A stretch of 64,000 nt of DNA, taken from Tubulanus polymorphus. Taxonomy: Eukaryota; Animalia; Nemertea. Position 1 is the stretch's first letter. Every line of letters begins with the position of its first letter. Below the pieces are notes generated by a model. That model was not told where the DNA came from, did not search any database, and saw nothing but the letters and a program-made list of their open reading frames with translations. Location: NCBI RefSeq assembly GCF_964204645.1, contig NC_134026.1, forward strand, positions 17,952,150 through 18,016,149, written 5' to 3'. This document shows, piece by piece, positions 1 through 13,009 of this stretch. The translations under genes were made by a program, and so were the position numbers.

Positions 1-596
1 AACCTAGATGTTCTGTTTGAAATTTCCCATGTGTTTCAATTTTGCAAAATGAGGGTTTGCTTCATTTTTGGTTTACCTTTGTCAGCGATATGATGTTGGC
101 ATTGAGCCAATTCATGTAAAATCGCGGTACGTTTTTTTATGTGAGCATTTGTTTCATTGGTTCTCGGCTTAAAAGACGTATAATCGATGCGATTGAAGAC
201 ATGGCGAATCTCCGTCGATGACATGGTCAATTGAGTTAAAATTCTACGAAAAACTGTTTTTGGCGGGAAAATTCTTAGCTCTCACGTATAAAATTGCAAT
301 GACCTCGATTGGGGGGGCGTTGTCTCTACGAACAAATGGGATTGTTTTTTGGATATACGGGGAATTCCGGCGCTACTAAAATTATGGGAAAGCCATAGAA
401 TGGTGTACGTTTCATTGGACTAGGTGCCGTATACGTGCCGATTTCAAATGCTCATTGCTGGTGAGGATGTAATTATTTCACTCATCTGCCATAGGTATTG
501 TTTCATTTTAATACCCGGTGATTGTTTTGATTGACATTGAGGTGTAAGCGAATATTCACTTACACGAGGCCTCCACATGCACGCGGAGTGCTACAC

Positions 597-617
597 CACA
601 CACACACACACACACAA
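597..617. repeat. (CA)n microsatellite
   Basis: About 10 CA units. Confidence 0.85.
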
Positions 618-941
618 GCTCGTACAGTACACTACGGTGATGCTGTAACGCGTGAACGTTTGATATGAAAATAGGCTGAATAATCATAGCAGAAGATGAG
701 CGCTGTGTTTTCTGTTCGATAGAATTTGTAATAAATTGTAATTTCTTGTGACCTGAAAATACTAAGCAGCAAACTAAAAGGTCTGTCGAGGTCTGAATAT
801 TGTAGTGGTAAATTCCAGGACTTAAAACGATCTAATAGCCGATTTCTTCTGTACCACCGATATTTTAGCTTCCGTGGCCAACATTGGAAGAGGTTTCCAA
901 GACCCAATATTCAGCCACCCTCTGATATGTGATGAATTTTA

Positions 942-1507
942 GGCCATCCCAAAATAATGGTCTGTTTGCCGTAACCCGACCAACCTGACTTCAGAGGTAC
1001 CGAGTGAAAACTTTTTTCTAGGATTCATTGAAATAAATTTTATTTTTGATAAAAACAGCCGACCGACTATGAGCTACGTATGTTTGAATTCTAGTGTGCA
1101 TGGTGTGAAAACATGCCTTGACATGTGGCCTAGTTTAAGTTTCCAGGAAACTGGCAGTGTTCCAATAAGCTGCCATTCATTCTAATAGTGACTAAAGTGA
1201 CTGAATAGCTGGTAACGTGAAAGCGCGCACATATTCAATGTACCGTTTCATTTTTAAGACAGAGATGACGCTCTGGACGAAGTTATAATTTTAGAATAAT
1301 TCTTGAAATCTACGCTATTAGACAAATTTCCTGTGCGCAACGTAGATGATTTTTTGCGATATTGTTTCCATGTAAAAAAGCCCAAAGGTGAAAAAATTTT
1401 TTTTTTTTGCCCAAAAATTTTGCAAAAAAAAATTCTACCTACCTACCGACTCATCCTGAAAAGTTGAGTCGGTGTTGCAGCAAACAGACAATTATTTTGG
1501 GATGGCC
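942..1507. mobile_element. MITE with TTA TSD (Zator- or Harbinger-type)
   Basis: TIR GGCCATCCCAAAATAATnGTCTGTTTGC at both ends; TTA at 939-941 and 1508-1510. Confidence 0.85.
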
Positions 1508-2869
1508 TTATTTGAATATTTTTTCATATTATATTAAACATATTTTTTTGAAAATATAAAATAGTTTCCCTGCCGTGCCTACCTGTACCCTACAAACTTT
1601 TAGACGTGGACCGCAAACAAATGTATATCTTTGGTCTTATTTGACTACAAAATAATTCTTTAGGAAAGATAAAATACAATATAAACTGTGGATCTTTGAA
1701 GTCACGAATTAAAAAGATTTTTCAAGCAATGCCCTTACTCCAAACAACCTCTAGCTTTCAAGGTAAACCACACTTTGCCCATGGGCAATTTATTTATCTT
1801 CCTTAGCAAGAGCCAGAATGCAGAATCATTGGAGTGCTGGCTGATGTGGTGATTTTGTTTTTCGATATTTATAGAGTTCCTCAGAAAGTAGCATGGAAGT
1901 ATAGCTTGTTATAAAGTCGCTATTATTTTGATGTTCTTGCAATGATTGTACTCTCGGCCCTATAGAAATTGAAATGTATATATAATCTTAAATCCCCCTG
2001 ATTATCGAAAGGGTATAAGTGCTTGCAGCTTGCTAAATATTTTTCTTTGTATGTTAATATAAGTTGTCTTTCACTGGGTGATGGCAATTTTCTTCAAAAT
2101 TTCGAGGATAGTTGTACATTTTTTGCTTGGAGATAAGTGAAAATGCTAGGCTAAACAAACGAAAAACCATTCAAATGAATGTAAACACAGATTGTGGCAT
2201 TATTTCACGATATTCCTCTTCTGTCATTACTGTTTGAGACCTCAGTGCCTCTTCTAGTTAGTTGTGTGCACTACCATCAGTATCACATCTCTAGATAGAT
2301 CTATTCCAATATTGGTATCAGAACCTCGGTTGCTCACTCACTGATCAACTATGAGGAAGTGTTTAATTGTCCGACTTCTGTAATACGTCTAACCCGCACT
2401 TGTCTGTTGTTATCGGCCACCGTGTGGTCCTCCAAATCTGATTACCTAAATCACCGATACCGACAACAAAATACAAAACGCAAACACAGGAATAAAATAC
2501 TACTCTATATATATATATTTCTATTATTGATAGGGAAGTTACTCAAATTATCAAATTATCAGACAGAGAAAAATAAGATCAAATTACTCAATTATGTCAA
2601 ATTACTAAACTCAATCAAAGACTTCAAATAATTAGAATTAACTAATGCATATTAAATTCATTCATTAAACAAAGTCTAGAACAAATAAAATGATACCACG
2701 AATCTCTTGACGAACCTTCCTTGCTGCTGATGATCTTCCGAGGTTATGATTCAAATAATTCCACGACACAAAAATACGAACTCAGATACAGAGACACAGA
2801 AACACTGTCAGTTTTTATAAAACCCCCATGATTAGAAAAATTTTGATACTAGGACTTAAATTAGCAACA

Positions 2870-4269
2870 GTTGTGTGAATTTGTATGTGCTATGTTCTGC
2901 AGAGTCTGCCAAACATTAAGACTTTTTTCTTTGATATTTGCAAATATGTGTGGGTTGGTTTCCAAAATTGAGCATTTGTGCCTCTCCTATTAAGGATTTC
3001 AATTGTGGCTTGCATATCTCGAGTTGAAGGATGTACACATGTTTGTTTTGCTTTCCCTGTGTTTCAACTAGTTCCATTCTGAAAAGAATATGATGGAGAA
3101 TAATAAAGAGACTTCTTAAAAATATGTTCTATTGCAATGTATGATTAAGTATGATAACTTACTGATCTATTAGTTTCTTTTCTATGTCGGATAAGCACCA
3201 TGTAATGTCATCATTTATTGGTAGTCTCCAACTTTTGCTCCTTTCATAGACATCTCGCTTAAGAAGTCTGATTTCACTGCTTCGTTGTTTGTTGAATATT
3301 AACACCCTCTGTAATGTTGCTTCAGCATGTGCCTTGAAAGTTGCTGGATGTGGATCTTTTTTTCAAGTTGGTCTTTGTGCTTTTACATCAAAATGATTCA
3401 TCTAGGTGATTGAATAATTTGATGTGGGAAGAAAGGACATTCTATTAAAGCTTTGTGTATTCAGTGTGGCGAGAGCAATGCTGAATATTTTGTCTGACCA
3501 TTCACTTAGATGAAGCTTGATGTAGGCATCAAGGCATTTGAATGTGTTGTCATCGCCACTCATTCCTCTTTTAATTTCTGCACATTTTATCAGGTGATTA
3601 CCAATTCTGAGTGCGCAGCTAGGTATCTCAAATACATGAATCTGTTCAGAGTTTCTTATGTGTCATGCTTCTTACACTGCGCATTCTTTGGCAGACATCT
3701 GCTCTTCTTGGGCTCTTCCTAATTTTTCTATAAGTATCCCTTTAAAGGAGCAAACTCTGCAGTGTCTCCAAAGCTCTTGTACAACAAAAAATTTAAAACA
3801 AAAAATACATGGCAGGAAATCATTGTTTCTTGAACCTGAATGACGTCTTGCTGCAATGATATGCCTTTCACCTGTTGCTAAAACCTAGATGTTCTGTTTG
3901 AAATTTCCCATGTGTTTCAATTTTGCAAAATGAGGGTTTGCTTCATTTAATCTTCCTTAGCAAGAGCCAGAATGCAGAATCATTGGAGTGCTGGCTGATA
4001 TGGTGATTTTGTTTTTCGATATTTATAGAGTTCCTCAAAAAAGTAGCATGGAAGTAGCTTGTTATAAAGTCGCTATTATTTTGATTTCTTGCAGTGATTG
4101 TACTCTTGGCCCTATAGAAATTGAAAGGTATATATAATCTTAAGTCCCCCTGGTTATTGAAAGGGTATAAGTGCTTGAAGCTTGCTAAATATTTTTCTTT
4201 GTCTGTTAATATAAATTGTCTTTCACTGAGTGATGGCAATTTTCTTCAACATATCGAGGATAGTTGTAC
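2870..4269 (-). pseudogene. Degraded Crypton-like tyrosine recombinase fragment
   Basis: Hand translation of the minus strand: DFLPCIFCFKFF..ELWRHC, IPSCALRIGNHLIKCA, EWSDKIFSIALATL, VLIFNKQRSSEI, LSDIEKKL, MELVETQGKQ; GT-AG intron at 3162-3079. Confidence 0.65.
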
Positions 4270-4972
4270 CAGGGAAGTGTGATGAGATGGAATACGGACG
4301 CTTTTAATTGCCGGATGTAGGCTATTCAATTCAGCCGTACATCAAAGGTTACCGCAACAGCAGTAAGCTACGCTTATCGAGTGTGTGTTACCAGCTGAAC
4401 ACCAGTCAACATCAACTTTGATTCGGTCGCAGAACAACCCGCAATAGTTTTAGCCCGATAAATGTTCTGCGATCGATTCTACGCATGCGCACTGCAGTTC
4501 ATTGAACAACGTGGAAGTGGCTGTGTATACACATATTTTTCTTTAGAAAATCGGTTGAAATTCAACAATTTCTCGTAAAATTTGTCCAAAAAGGTATGTA
4601 TTTTTATTCTTCTATATCTCCGAAACCCGGTATCGGAACATTAAGTATTTATATTGTGATTAAAGTCTGTTTTTATGTGTTAAACATATGTTTTTGCCAG
4701 TTCGTTCCGATTCCGGGTTTAGCGTTATTTGGGCCTTGAAGATGTCAAATATTTCGGCCCAGACTCGCGCAGCTTTCGTTTCTGACGTCATGTTGCTATG
4801 TTATGACACAAACATATACACGAAGTATGATCTTTAAAATGTGTATTTACTACATAATAATGTTACTTAAAAGCGCTTACATTTGGCCTACAAATTATTG
4901 TCCCCCATATAAACCGAGTTGCCTAAATAGCATCAGCAATCTCATTTAATTAACCTTTTCTCGTTTTTAGTC

Positions 4973-5278
4973 ATGGATCTTTGTCGATTGTGTGGAAAAA
5001 ATGCGAAACCTCCGGATCGTCGTCCTATCGATAAAAATAATTTCAAAAGCCATGTGAAGGAGTTGTCCAACATTGATTTTGATGATGATACTGAACAGTA
5101 CCCGATATATATCTGTAATATGTGTCGTGTCAAATTACAAAAATGGCGTAAGAACAAAAACGTTAAAAAAACTGTCCCTGTGACTATCAAATTAAAACAA
5201 TGGACATGTAAACCACTGGTTAATTCCAAGTCTGGACGGCGACGTATTTGTAGTCAAAATTTTATCGATTTTCCATAA
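4973..5278 (+). CDS. Truncated putative transposase N-terminus with C4 zinc domain (RAG1 N-terminal/zf-AD-like)
   Basis: LCRLCG...IDFDDDTEQYPIYICNMCRVKL followed by a basic stretch; lies inside TIRs; splice acceptor TTTTTAG ends at 4970 and a candidate donor GTATGT lies at 4594. Confidence 0.65.
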   Translation: MDLCRLCGKNAKPPDRRPIDKNNFKSHVKELSNIDFDDDTEQYPIYICNMCRVKLQKWRKNKNVKKTVPVTIKLKQWTCKPLVNSKSGRRRICSQNFIDFP

Positions 5279-5899
5279 TGTACTGCTGCCATTCCATTTG
5301 AACTGAATTTAAATACTCGATGGTTAATCACTTCAGTCATAGCCTTTTCCAAATATATAGTGTTCCTGCGAAAATAATAATAATGATTATTATTTTAACA
5401 TGTACTTATCTGGATTTTTATATTATGTTTATGTATTATTTTCTGTATTCGTTTATTATTTTATAACCTAAAAGGATTGTATTGATTATAAAAATAAATG
5501 TAAAAAATACCTGTATGTGTGTTTTCTCGTGTTCAGATCGCAGTCTCTGGTCAGCTGAGCCTGAGAAGTACCTATATGAAAAAGAAAAGGAAAGAATAAA
5601 GTGCCTGCAATTAGGTGGAAACTATTCCGATATTTCATTGATTCAAAAGGAATAACACTCACTAGAATCGGCCGAATTAGTTGATCCTGATCCAGAGGAT
5701 TCCCGTAATATTTCCGTATCGATCTGAACCAATTCGTCACTATCAAAGAATAGATCGTCAAAATCGTCATCATTTATAATTTCGTTGACAACCGTTGCCA
5801 TTTTAATACGGCGGAAAGAACCGATATCACGATTGATAAAACACTATATCCGTCTGAAGCGATGTAGAGAGAATCCCACAATGATAATGAAAAATTCCA

Positions 5900-6230
5900 A
5901 AAATGTTAGTAGTTTATTCAACATTTCGTCTATGTCCTAATAGTCATCTTCAGAAATAATGAATACTACAGAAATTATGAGAGATATTAACAATCCAGAG
6001 ACAAAGAGACTAATTCAAGTAATCAGAGATGATACTAACTAAAGGAAAATTAACGTAGAAACAGTTACACGCTAAAACAGATTAAAGAGAAGCAGTTAAG
6101 AGACAAACTAGGGGGCACTTAAATTTAAGACAATTGTGAATACAAGTTGATCGACTAAAATTGATGAGGGGAAATCAGGTGTTGAGTTTAACCAGTTTAC
6201 AGAGGAATTTTTATAAAAGTTTATTATGGG
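5900..6230 (-). mobile_element. Penelope-like element remnant with degenerate hammerhead motif
   Basis: Minus strand CTGAAGA-TGACTAT..ATAGAC-GAAATGT flanked by complementary TATTCA/TGAATA. Confidence 0.5.
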
Positions 6231-6506
6231 ATGAAAAACCGATATTCGGAAACAACTGAATTATTACGGAGATTCCCGATCTCGCTGGTTATCGCTTATC
6301 GGCGCGTTACGTAACAAAGCGCTCGCCGACGAACCGTTATCGGCTTTAGGGCAATTACAACGCACATTCGACAAGAGCTGCACAATAGCGTCCGTATTCC
6401 ATCTCATCACACTTCCCTGATTGACGTCACAGCGTCGGAGATCGACAGAAATTGCCGATGATTTCTAAAGCGATGTATACAATGAAATGAGGTCAAAGAT
6501 TGTCTT

Positions 6507-6700
6507 TGTTTCGAAAGTTCGGTTACTAAGCCGCTCATCTGGTTTGTGTTTATATATTTACTGTGGATGACATCTTGTTTATGTTTATTCTCCATCTATG
6601 TGAAATAAAATCAGTCACTTCCTAAGTTTCGTAGTAACCAGACGTGTTGCTTCTTTCTCTCGGATCTGTCCCCTCTGGTCGAATCGAACCTTTCACGACA
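6507..6700 (+). repeat. 5' LTR of decayed BEL/Pao element
   Basis: Direct repeat of 12693-12886. Confidence 0.95.
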
Positions 6701-6703
6701 TTT

Positions 6704-6721
6704 TGGTGCCGTGACCAGGAT
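6704..6721 (+). promoter_or_regulatory. Primer-binding site, tRNA-His
   Basis: TGGTGCCGTGACCAGGAT 3 nt after the LTR, complementary to a tRNA-His 3' end. Confidence 0.85.
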
Positions 6722-9700
6722 GGGGTCAGAAGGAAGGCTAACGGCAATCAGAAGGGTCCAACGGGGCCAAATGACGAAGATTTTCGGTAAATGGAAGAAA
6801 AACTCGCAAAGATTCTACTCGTCGATGAAAGTTCAAGAACTCTGGAAACTGTTCAACCGTTCTCCACGTTAATCGACGCGCTGTTCACAAAATTCGAATA
6901 TTTACGACAATTAGACCAACAATTAATGGATGAAATCGCCGATGAAACCGAGTTAACTAACACTATAGTTGAATCAGATGATTATCTCACTGAGATACAA
7001 ATCAAACTCGGTCGATTCAAACTGAACTTGCATAATCTACTAACGAAGATACCAAAACCACAATCGCTAAACGAATCTGTAAGTACCATCAATCGAAGCA
7101 GTACTACCTCAACCGGCAGTAAAAAAGTCAATCTACCAAAATTGGCTCTCCCAAATTTCGATGGTGACATTTTGAAATAGTCTACTTTCTACGATAATTT
7201 CATCTCAGCCATCGATAGCGATCCGCATTTGGACGATATCCAGAAGTTTCAATATTTGGTCGCACAACTCACTGACGAAGCAGCGCGTACCATAGAAGGT
7301 CTGCAAATAACTAGCGCTAACTACAAAGAAGCTCTGACGATCTTAGTAGAAAGATAGGGTCAACCTCACAAGATCGTGAACGCGTACATCAGAGCTTTAT
7401 TAGATTTGCAGCCACCGCTGGATCACGAGAGTCTACGCGAATTTTACGATTCTTTGGAAACATATATTCGAGGATTGCGCGCGCTCGGGGAATCGGAAGA
7501 TGCGTTCGGTGTTATACTCGTTCCGGTAGTCTTCGATAAGCTACCGAGTCCCGTCAAAACACAAATTTCACGGGAGCACGGAGATCGCGTCTGGACACTT
7601 AAAGAACTACGCAACGCGATCCGAAAGGAAATACAAGCTACACAGGCAGGAGCGAGCTGCGTCAACTTCGATAATGAAAAATTATCCGCTCTTCATATAA
7701 GCACTAAAACGAGGAAAAATCCGGCCTCGAAAAACAACAGTTGCGCGTTCTGCAAGGGTCCACATACGGCGTTCTCATGCGATATAATCGTTAACCCAAA
7801 AAAGCGACAAGACATCATAAAGGCAAATCGTAAGTGTTATAACTGTTTTGGCAATCACATGGTAACAGCTTGCCAATCGAAATATCGTTGTAAGGTTTGC
7901 AAAGGCAAACACCACACTGCTATTCATATGGATCGAAATACTGATACGCATATTGAATCAAAAAATATTCATGTCAGTATAGCTCCAACTTCAAGTCCTG
8001 TTCTCTTGAAATCGGCTATTGGTCAAATAAATTATGGTTTGAATTTGACCACGGTAAATATCTTGTTTGACGAAGGAGCGCAGTGCTCATTCATCACTAA
8101 AAAGTCGGTAAATGAATTAGGTGTCCGATTGGACAAATTTGAAAAGCAAGATGTAAATATTTCCACCTTTGGTGACAATTCGCCTGGGGCACGTACTCTA
8201 CGGAGTATAGATTTAAAACTTCGTACGCGTAAAGGCAAAATTGGTTTACGTGCATTAGTTGTACCGGAAATATGTCCACCAATTCAGAATAATGTAGAAC
8301 TTGCTGTGACAAATCACCCGTACCTTCGAAATTTACCATTAGCACCGTACGTCAACACCAGCAATTGTGAAATTAATCTATTAATCGGTGCTCATTATTA
8401 CTGGTCGATCGTAGAGAATGAAGTGGTTAGAGGAGCTGGCCCGACAGCTGTCAGTTCCAAACTCGGGTTCCTTCTATCAGGACCCATCAATTTGAATGCG
8501 AATACATCGGTACTCCATACTACCTGTCTTTTGAATACTATACATTCAAACGATGAATTCTCAAAATTATCTAACTACTGGGATCTTGAAGTAATTGGCA
8601 TCATGAATTTTGAAACATATCCAGACAATTACCTTAAACGCGATACCAGTGGTAAATATATAGCGAATTTACCTTGGAAAGAAGATTATCCACCGCTCCC
8701 TACCAATTTTGATATTTGTACCGCTAGAACTAGATCTATGGTTAAACGCTTGTCTCCAGAACTGAGGCAGACATATAATGCGATAATAGCAGAGCAACTT
8801 GCACACGAATTTATTGAGATAGTAGAAAATGATGACAAGAGCCAGGGCCATTACATACCCCACCACTCGGTTAAAAAGGAATCAATCACAACACCGATTA
8901 GAATTGTTTATGATTGTAGTTGTAAACAAGGGGATAATCCTAGTTTGAACGACTGTCTCGAAAGCGGTCCTTCATTAATAAATGATCTTGTGCAGATATT
9001 AATCCGCTTTCGCGGGAATAACGTCGCATTTACAAGTGATATTGAAAAGGCATTTTTAAATGTAAAACTCGGTGAAAACGATAGAAATTTCACAAAGTTT
9101 CTTTGGCTATCAGATCCTACGGATCCCGATAGTCCCTTCAAGGTCTATCGTTTCAAATCAGTACTTTTCGGGTCCACTAGCTCACCATTCATCTTAAATT
9201 CTGTAGTGAAAACACATCTACATTCCGAAAATACAGAAATCTCAATCGATATACAATCAAACATATACGTCGATAACGTTCTCAGTGGCTCTCATAACGC
9301 TAAAAAAGCAATTGAATATTTTGAAGAAGCCACAAATACTATGAGCAGGGGTGGATTTATTCTGAGATCATGGGCTACAAACAACCCAGAACTAAGATCG
9401 TTGATAAAACAACAGGCAATGGGTGAGAAAAATGAAATCGTCAATGTCGTAGGGTTACAATAGGATACGATTAGTGACACTCTTCAGTTTTCAAAGGCCA
9501 TAAAAGACCCAGCTATGTGCACTCAGGCTGTGGTATCTAAGCGGGAAGTTGTGAGCGTAACAGCGTCGCTGTTTGACCCCCTTGGTCTCCTCTCGCCTGT
9601 GCATATTCAAGCTAAAATGTTTATCCAGAAATTGTGGCAATCTAAACAAACTTGGGATGAACCCTTATCTGATGAATTATCATTACTCTGGTTTGAAATA

Positions 9701-12016
9701 CATCAGCAGTTATACGTCTGTCAACATACAGCTATACAACGACCATATTTTGGTCAACCGACTAGTGAATGTGAACTACACATTTTTGCTGATGCCAGTC
9801 CCATTGCTTATGGGGCTGTAGCTTATCTGAAAACTGACAAATCGACTTCAATCATTATGGCAAAATCACGGGTTAAACCATTAAAAGAGGTTACTATCCC
9901 TAGACTTGAATTATTGGCAGCACTGATCACTGCACGACTCGCGAAATTTATCCGTGATGCATTCGACAAGTCAAATTTAAGTTTAACAAAATGTGTTCTT
10001 TGGTCCGCTAGTCAGATCACTATACATTGGATTCGGAGTGAGAAGAAATTACCCACATTCGTCGAAAACAGTCCGTGAAATTCGGTCTGTCAAATTTGAC
10101 ATGATCAATTATTGTCCCACAAAGGACAACCCTGCTGATCTCTTGACTCGGGGCATCAATACCCAAGACTTGGATAATAGTAGATTATGGTGGTTTGGAC
10201 CAACTTGGCTGCCTAATGGCGATTGGCCAATTGATCGATTGAATAATTCAACTGTACTATATTGTTCAATAAATAATTCTGAATTGCACTCTCAACAGTG
10301 TGCAGAATTAGCTAGTACTTATTCTCAGTTCTAGCAACCACCGCAACTCCATCAGAACCGTCTGGAATACAAAAAGTAATAGATGTCGAGCAATTCAATT
10401 CGCTACATAAATTACTTAGAGTCACAGCATGTGTACTACGCTTTATTTCTATTATGAAGAAGACATGTCAACCTCGACATAATCATATTACCGTGCCAGA
10501 AATACGTTTGGCTCGTACACGTGGGTTCGCTCTTTGCAAGATGACGAATTTTCAAATGAAATTAAATGTATTCAGAAAGGGGGACGAGGTACCCAATTGA
10601 CTAAACAATTAAACCTATTCACTGATAAAGAGGGTTTAATTAGATGTGGCGGTCGTTTTCAAAACGCGAACCTTAACTACAACGCTAAGTACCCAATATT
10701 ATTGCCATCGAAGCACCCATACACAAAATTAGTAATTAGTGACGCCCATAAAATGGTTCTACACAGTGGGTTACAATCAACTTTGTGTTACATACGTCAA
10801 TCATATTGGATACCAAGAATTAGGCAAATAGTTAGCCCAATTATTAGAAAATGCTCAGTTTGCATTAGACATGATGGTAAATCATATCGTGCGCCAATCA
10901 CGCCTCCATTACCTGCCTGTAGACTAAAAGAAGCTCCACCCCTTTACCATCACAGGCGTTGATTTCAATGGCCATTTATATTATCGCACGAAACACTCAA
11001 AACAGAACAAGGCATACATATGTCTATTTACATGCGCCGTTTCCAGGGCAATACATCTGGAAATAGTCACTGATCTGACGCCTGCTTCCTTTATGAGAGC
11101 ATTTCGCAGATTTGCCAGCAGGAGGTCGTTGCCAAGTCAATTGATCTCTGATAATGGTTCAACATTTTTGTCTGCAGAAAACAATATCAAAGAAATATTC
11201 AAATCAACAAAAGTCAGAAACTTTCTGTCTAACAAACTTGTTACTTGGACATTTATACCGAAACGCGCGCCATGGTTTGGTGGATTTTATGAAAGATTAG
11301 TCGGTATAACAAAAAACACTTTGAAAAAAGTAGTTGGTCGAGCGTGTATTACCTTGGACGAATTGTCGACTCTAATTACTGAAATAGAGGCTACAATAAA
11401 CGATCGTCCTCTAACGTACATGACAAATGATGACGATGAGATCATTCCCTTAACTCCATCACATTTAATTTGTGGGAGAATGATTACTCTGTTACCTCAA
11501 CCGGTAGTTGAAGAAAACGAACTAATTGATCCGAATTTTAACTTACCGTCCATCGGTTTCTCCGACGCGAACAAACGCATGAAATACTTAGACAGTCTTT
11601 TCCAAGATTACTGGATACGGTGGCGAAATGAATATTTGCCAACCTTAAGGGAAAACCACTGTCAGACGCTAAAGCGGGGTGGCATTACGGAAAATCATGT
11701 CAAAATAGGCGATATAGTGATCGTTCATGATGACTCAAAAAAGAGAATCTTTTGGCAACTCGCTATCATTGAAGGTCTGTACAAGGGCAACGACGGTCTT
11801 GTGAGATCCGCGGTAATTCGTACTAAAAACGGAATTACGAATAGACCTCTTAAGAAATTATACCCCTTAGAAATCAATTCTGATAGTGGTGAGAAAATGA
11901 ATGATGAATCATCGCCACTAATTAGTAATATTCAACCCCCAATGAAAATAAAACGAAATGCAGCATTGAACGCTAGAAATAAAATAAAAAACTGGTGTGA
12001 CAAACTGGTTGACTAA
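6720..12016 (+). pseudogene. Disrupted BEL/Pao gag-pol
   Basis: ORF pieces 6791-7180, 7376-9463, 9515-10078, 9993-10334, 10534-10962 and 11093-12016 carry Gag knuckles, LFDEGAQCSF, YVDN, FADAS, PRLEL, NPADLLTRG, SDNGSTF and GGFYERL; in-frame TAG at 7178, 7355 and 9461 plus several frameshifts. Confidence 0.95.
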
Positions 12017-12692
12017 TGCACAGGTTCAGCCTAATCAGAGTATAATTCAAACTTATGTTCATAATGTTTCTTAATATGAGTTAATTTCATTTTTTGATGA
12101 TTTATAATGTTAAGAATATGTACTTCTATGTTTTTCAATTATTAAAATGTGTAAATGACGATCACCATAGTATATATGTAGAATTTAATGTTAATTGAAA
12201 TGTAAGTTGAATCTGAACAGTGAAAATCATGTACGTATACATTCAAGCACAAATTGTATTAATGTTATAATATATACTATGTAATTTCCTTTCTATTATA
12301 TACCTGAATATATATCTGAGTAAATGTTCTTTTTATTTCTGATATTCACATGTTTTTAATTTCAAGAATACGTCAATCAATATTGTAATCCGTTATCTCA
12401 TAATAATGCTATACAATATCCTAGTTATCATGTATACACCTATATTTTAGTTGAGACACAACGCAATGTCAAAGTTTAACGTCAAAGCTTAATGTCAATG
12501 TTTAATGTCAAAGCAATCTCAGTTTTGTGTTAAATGAAGATTAAGAGTAATGCAAACTTAATGTATCGAAGATTTAGTGATTCTGATATGAAATTGGAAA
12601 TTGATTAATTTCTCATTTTTTACGTAGGCTTATTAACCTCATATGTATTCCTAATTGATTATATGTCCTATTTTTTCTACCGCCGCCGGGAG

Positions 12693-12886
12693 TGTTTCGA
12701 AAGTTCGGTTACTAAGCCGCTCATCTGGTTTGTGTTTATATATTTACTGTGGATGACATCTTGTTTATGTTTATTCTCCATCTATGTGAAATCAAATCAG
12801 TCACTTCCTAAGTTTCGTAGTAACCAGACGTGTTGCTTCTTTCTCTCGGATCTGTCCCCTCTGGTCGAATCGGACCTTTCACGACA
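12693..12886 (+). repeat. 3' LTR of decayed BEL/Pao element
   Basis: Direct repeat of 6507-6700 followed by TSD GTCTT. Confidence 0.95.
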
Positions 12887-13009
12887 GTCTTACAAAATCA
12901 TGATTTTCGCGGAAACTACACATCTTTGAACAGAACTATTTCATAATCTTCCTTAGTTCGATAGAACTTATTGAATTTTGAAATAAATAAAAAAAGTGTC
13001 AGTTACCCT

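Larger units (their letters stand above)
65..1795 (+). mobile_element. Non-autonomous Helentron-type (HINE/DINE-1-like) element
   Basis: Sub-terminal IRs TGGTTTACCTT (69-79) and AAGGTAAACCA (1760-1770); 3' hairpin TTGCCC-AT-GGGCAA (1775-1788); interrupts the 2.2-kb repeat unit at a T-run (empty site near 3945). Confidence 0.8.
1..4269. repeat. ~2.15-kb macro-tandem repeat, left array (interrupted at 65-1795)
   Basis: 1-64 recurs at ~3882-3945; 1796-2117 recurs at ~3950-4269. Confidence 0.9.
4270..6419 (+). mobile_element. P-superfamily-like DNA transposon, internally deleted
   Basis: 33-bp TIR CAGGGAAGTGTGATGAGATGGAATACGGACGCT at both ends; the derivative at 56932 shows a 7-bp TSD; no TSD at this copy. 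Confidence 0.8.
6507..12886 (+). mobile_element. Full-length decayed BEL/Pao LTR retrotransposon
   Basis: 194-bp LTRs 6507-6700 and 12693-12886 (TG...CA, 2 differences seen); TSD GTCTT (6502-6506 and 12887-12891); PBS; CGCCGGGAG tract before the 3' LTR. Confidence 0.96.
6420..13009. mobile_element. Left-truncated Kolobok-type MITE split by the BEL element
   Basis: 6420-6506 plus 12892-13009 ends in CCCT|TTAA; the TTAA at 13010-13013 is the macro-repeat's own TTAA (compare 2665). Confidence 0.55.

Noticed and set aside
7444-9480. Antisense ORFs within BEL coding regions (also 51295-54522)
   Set aside because: Short shadow ORFs of the sense frame with no motifs
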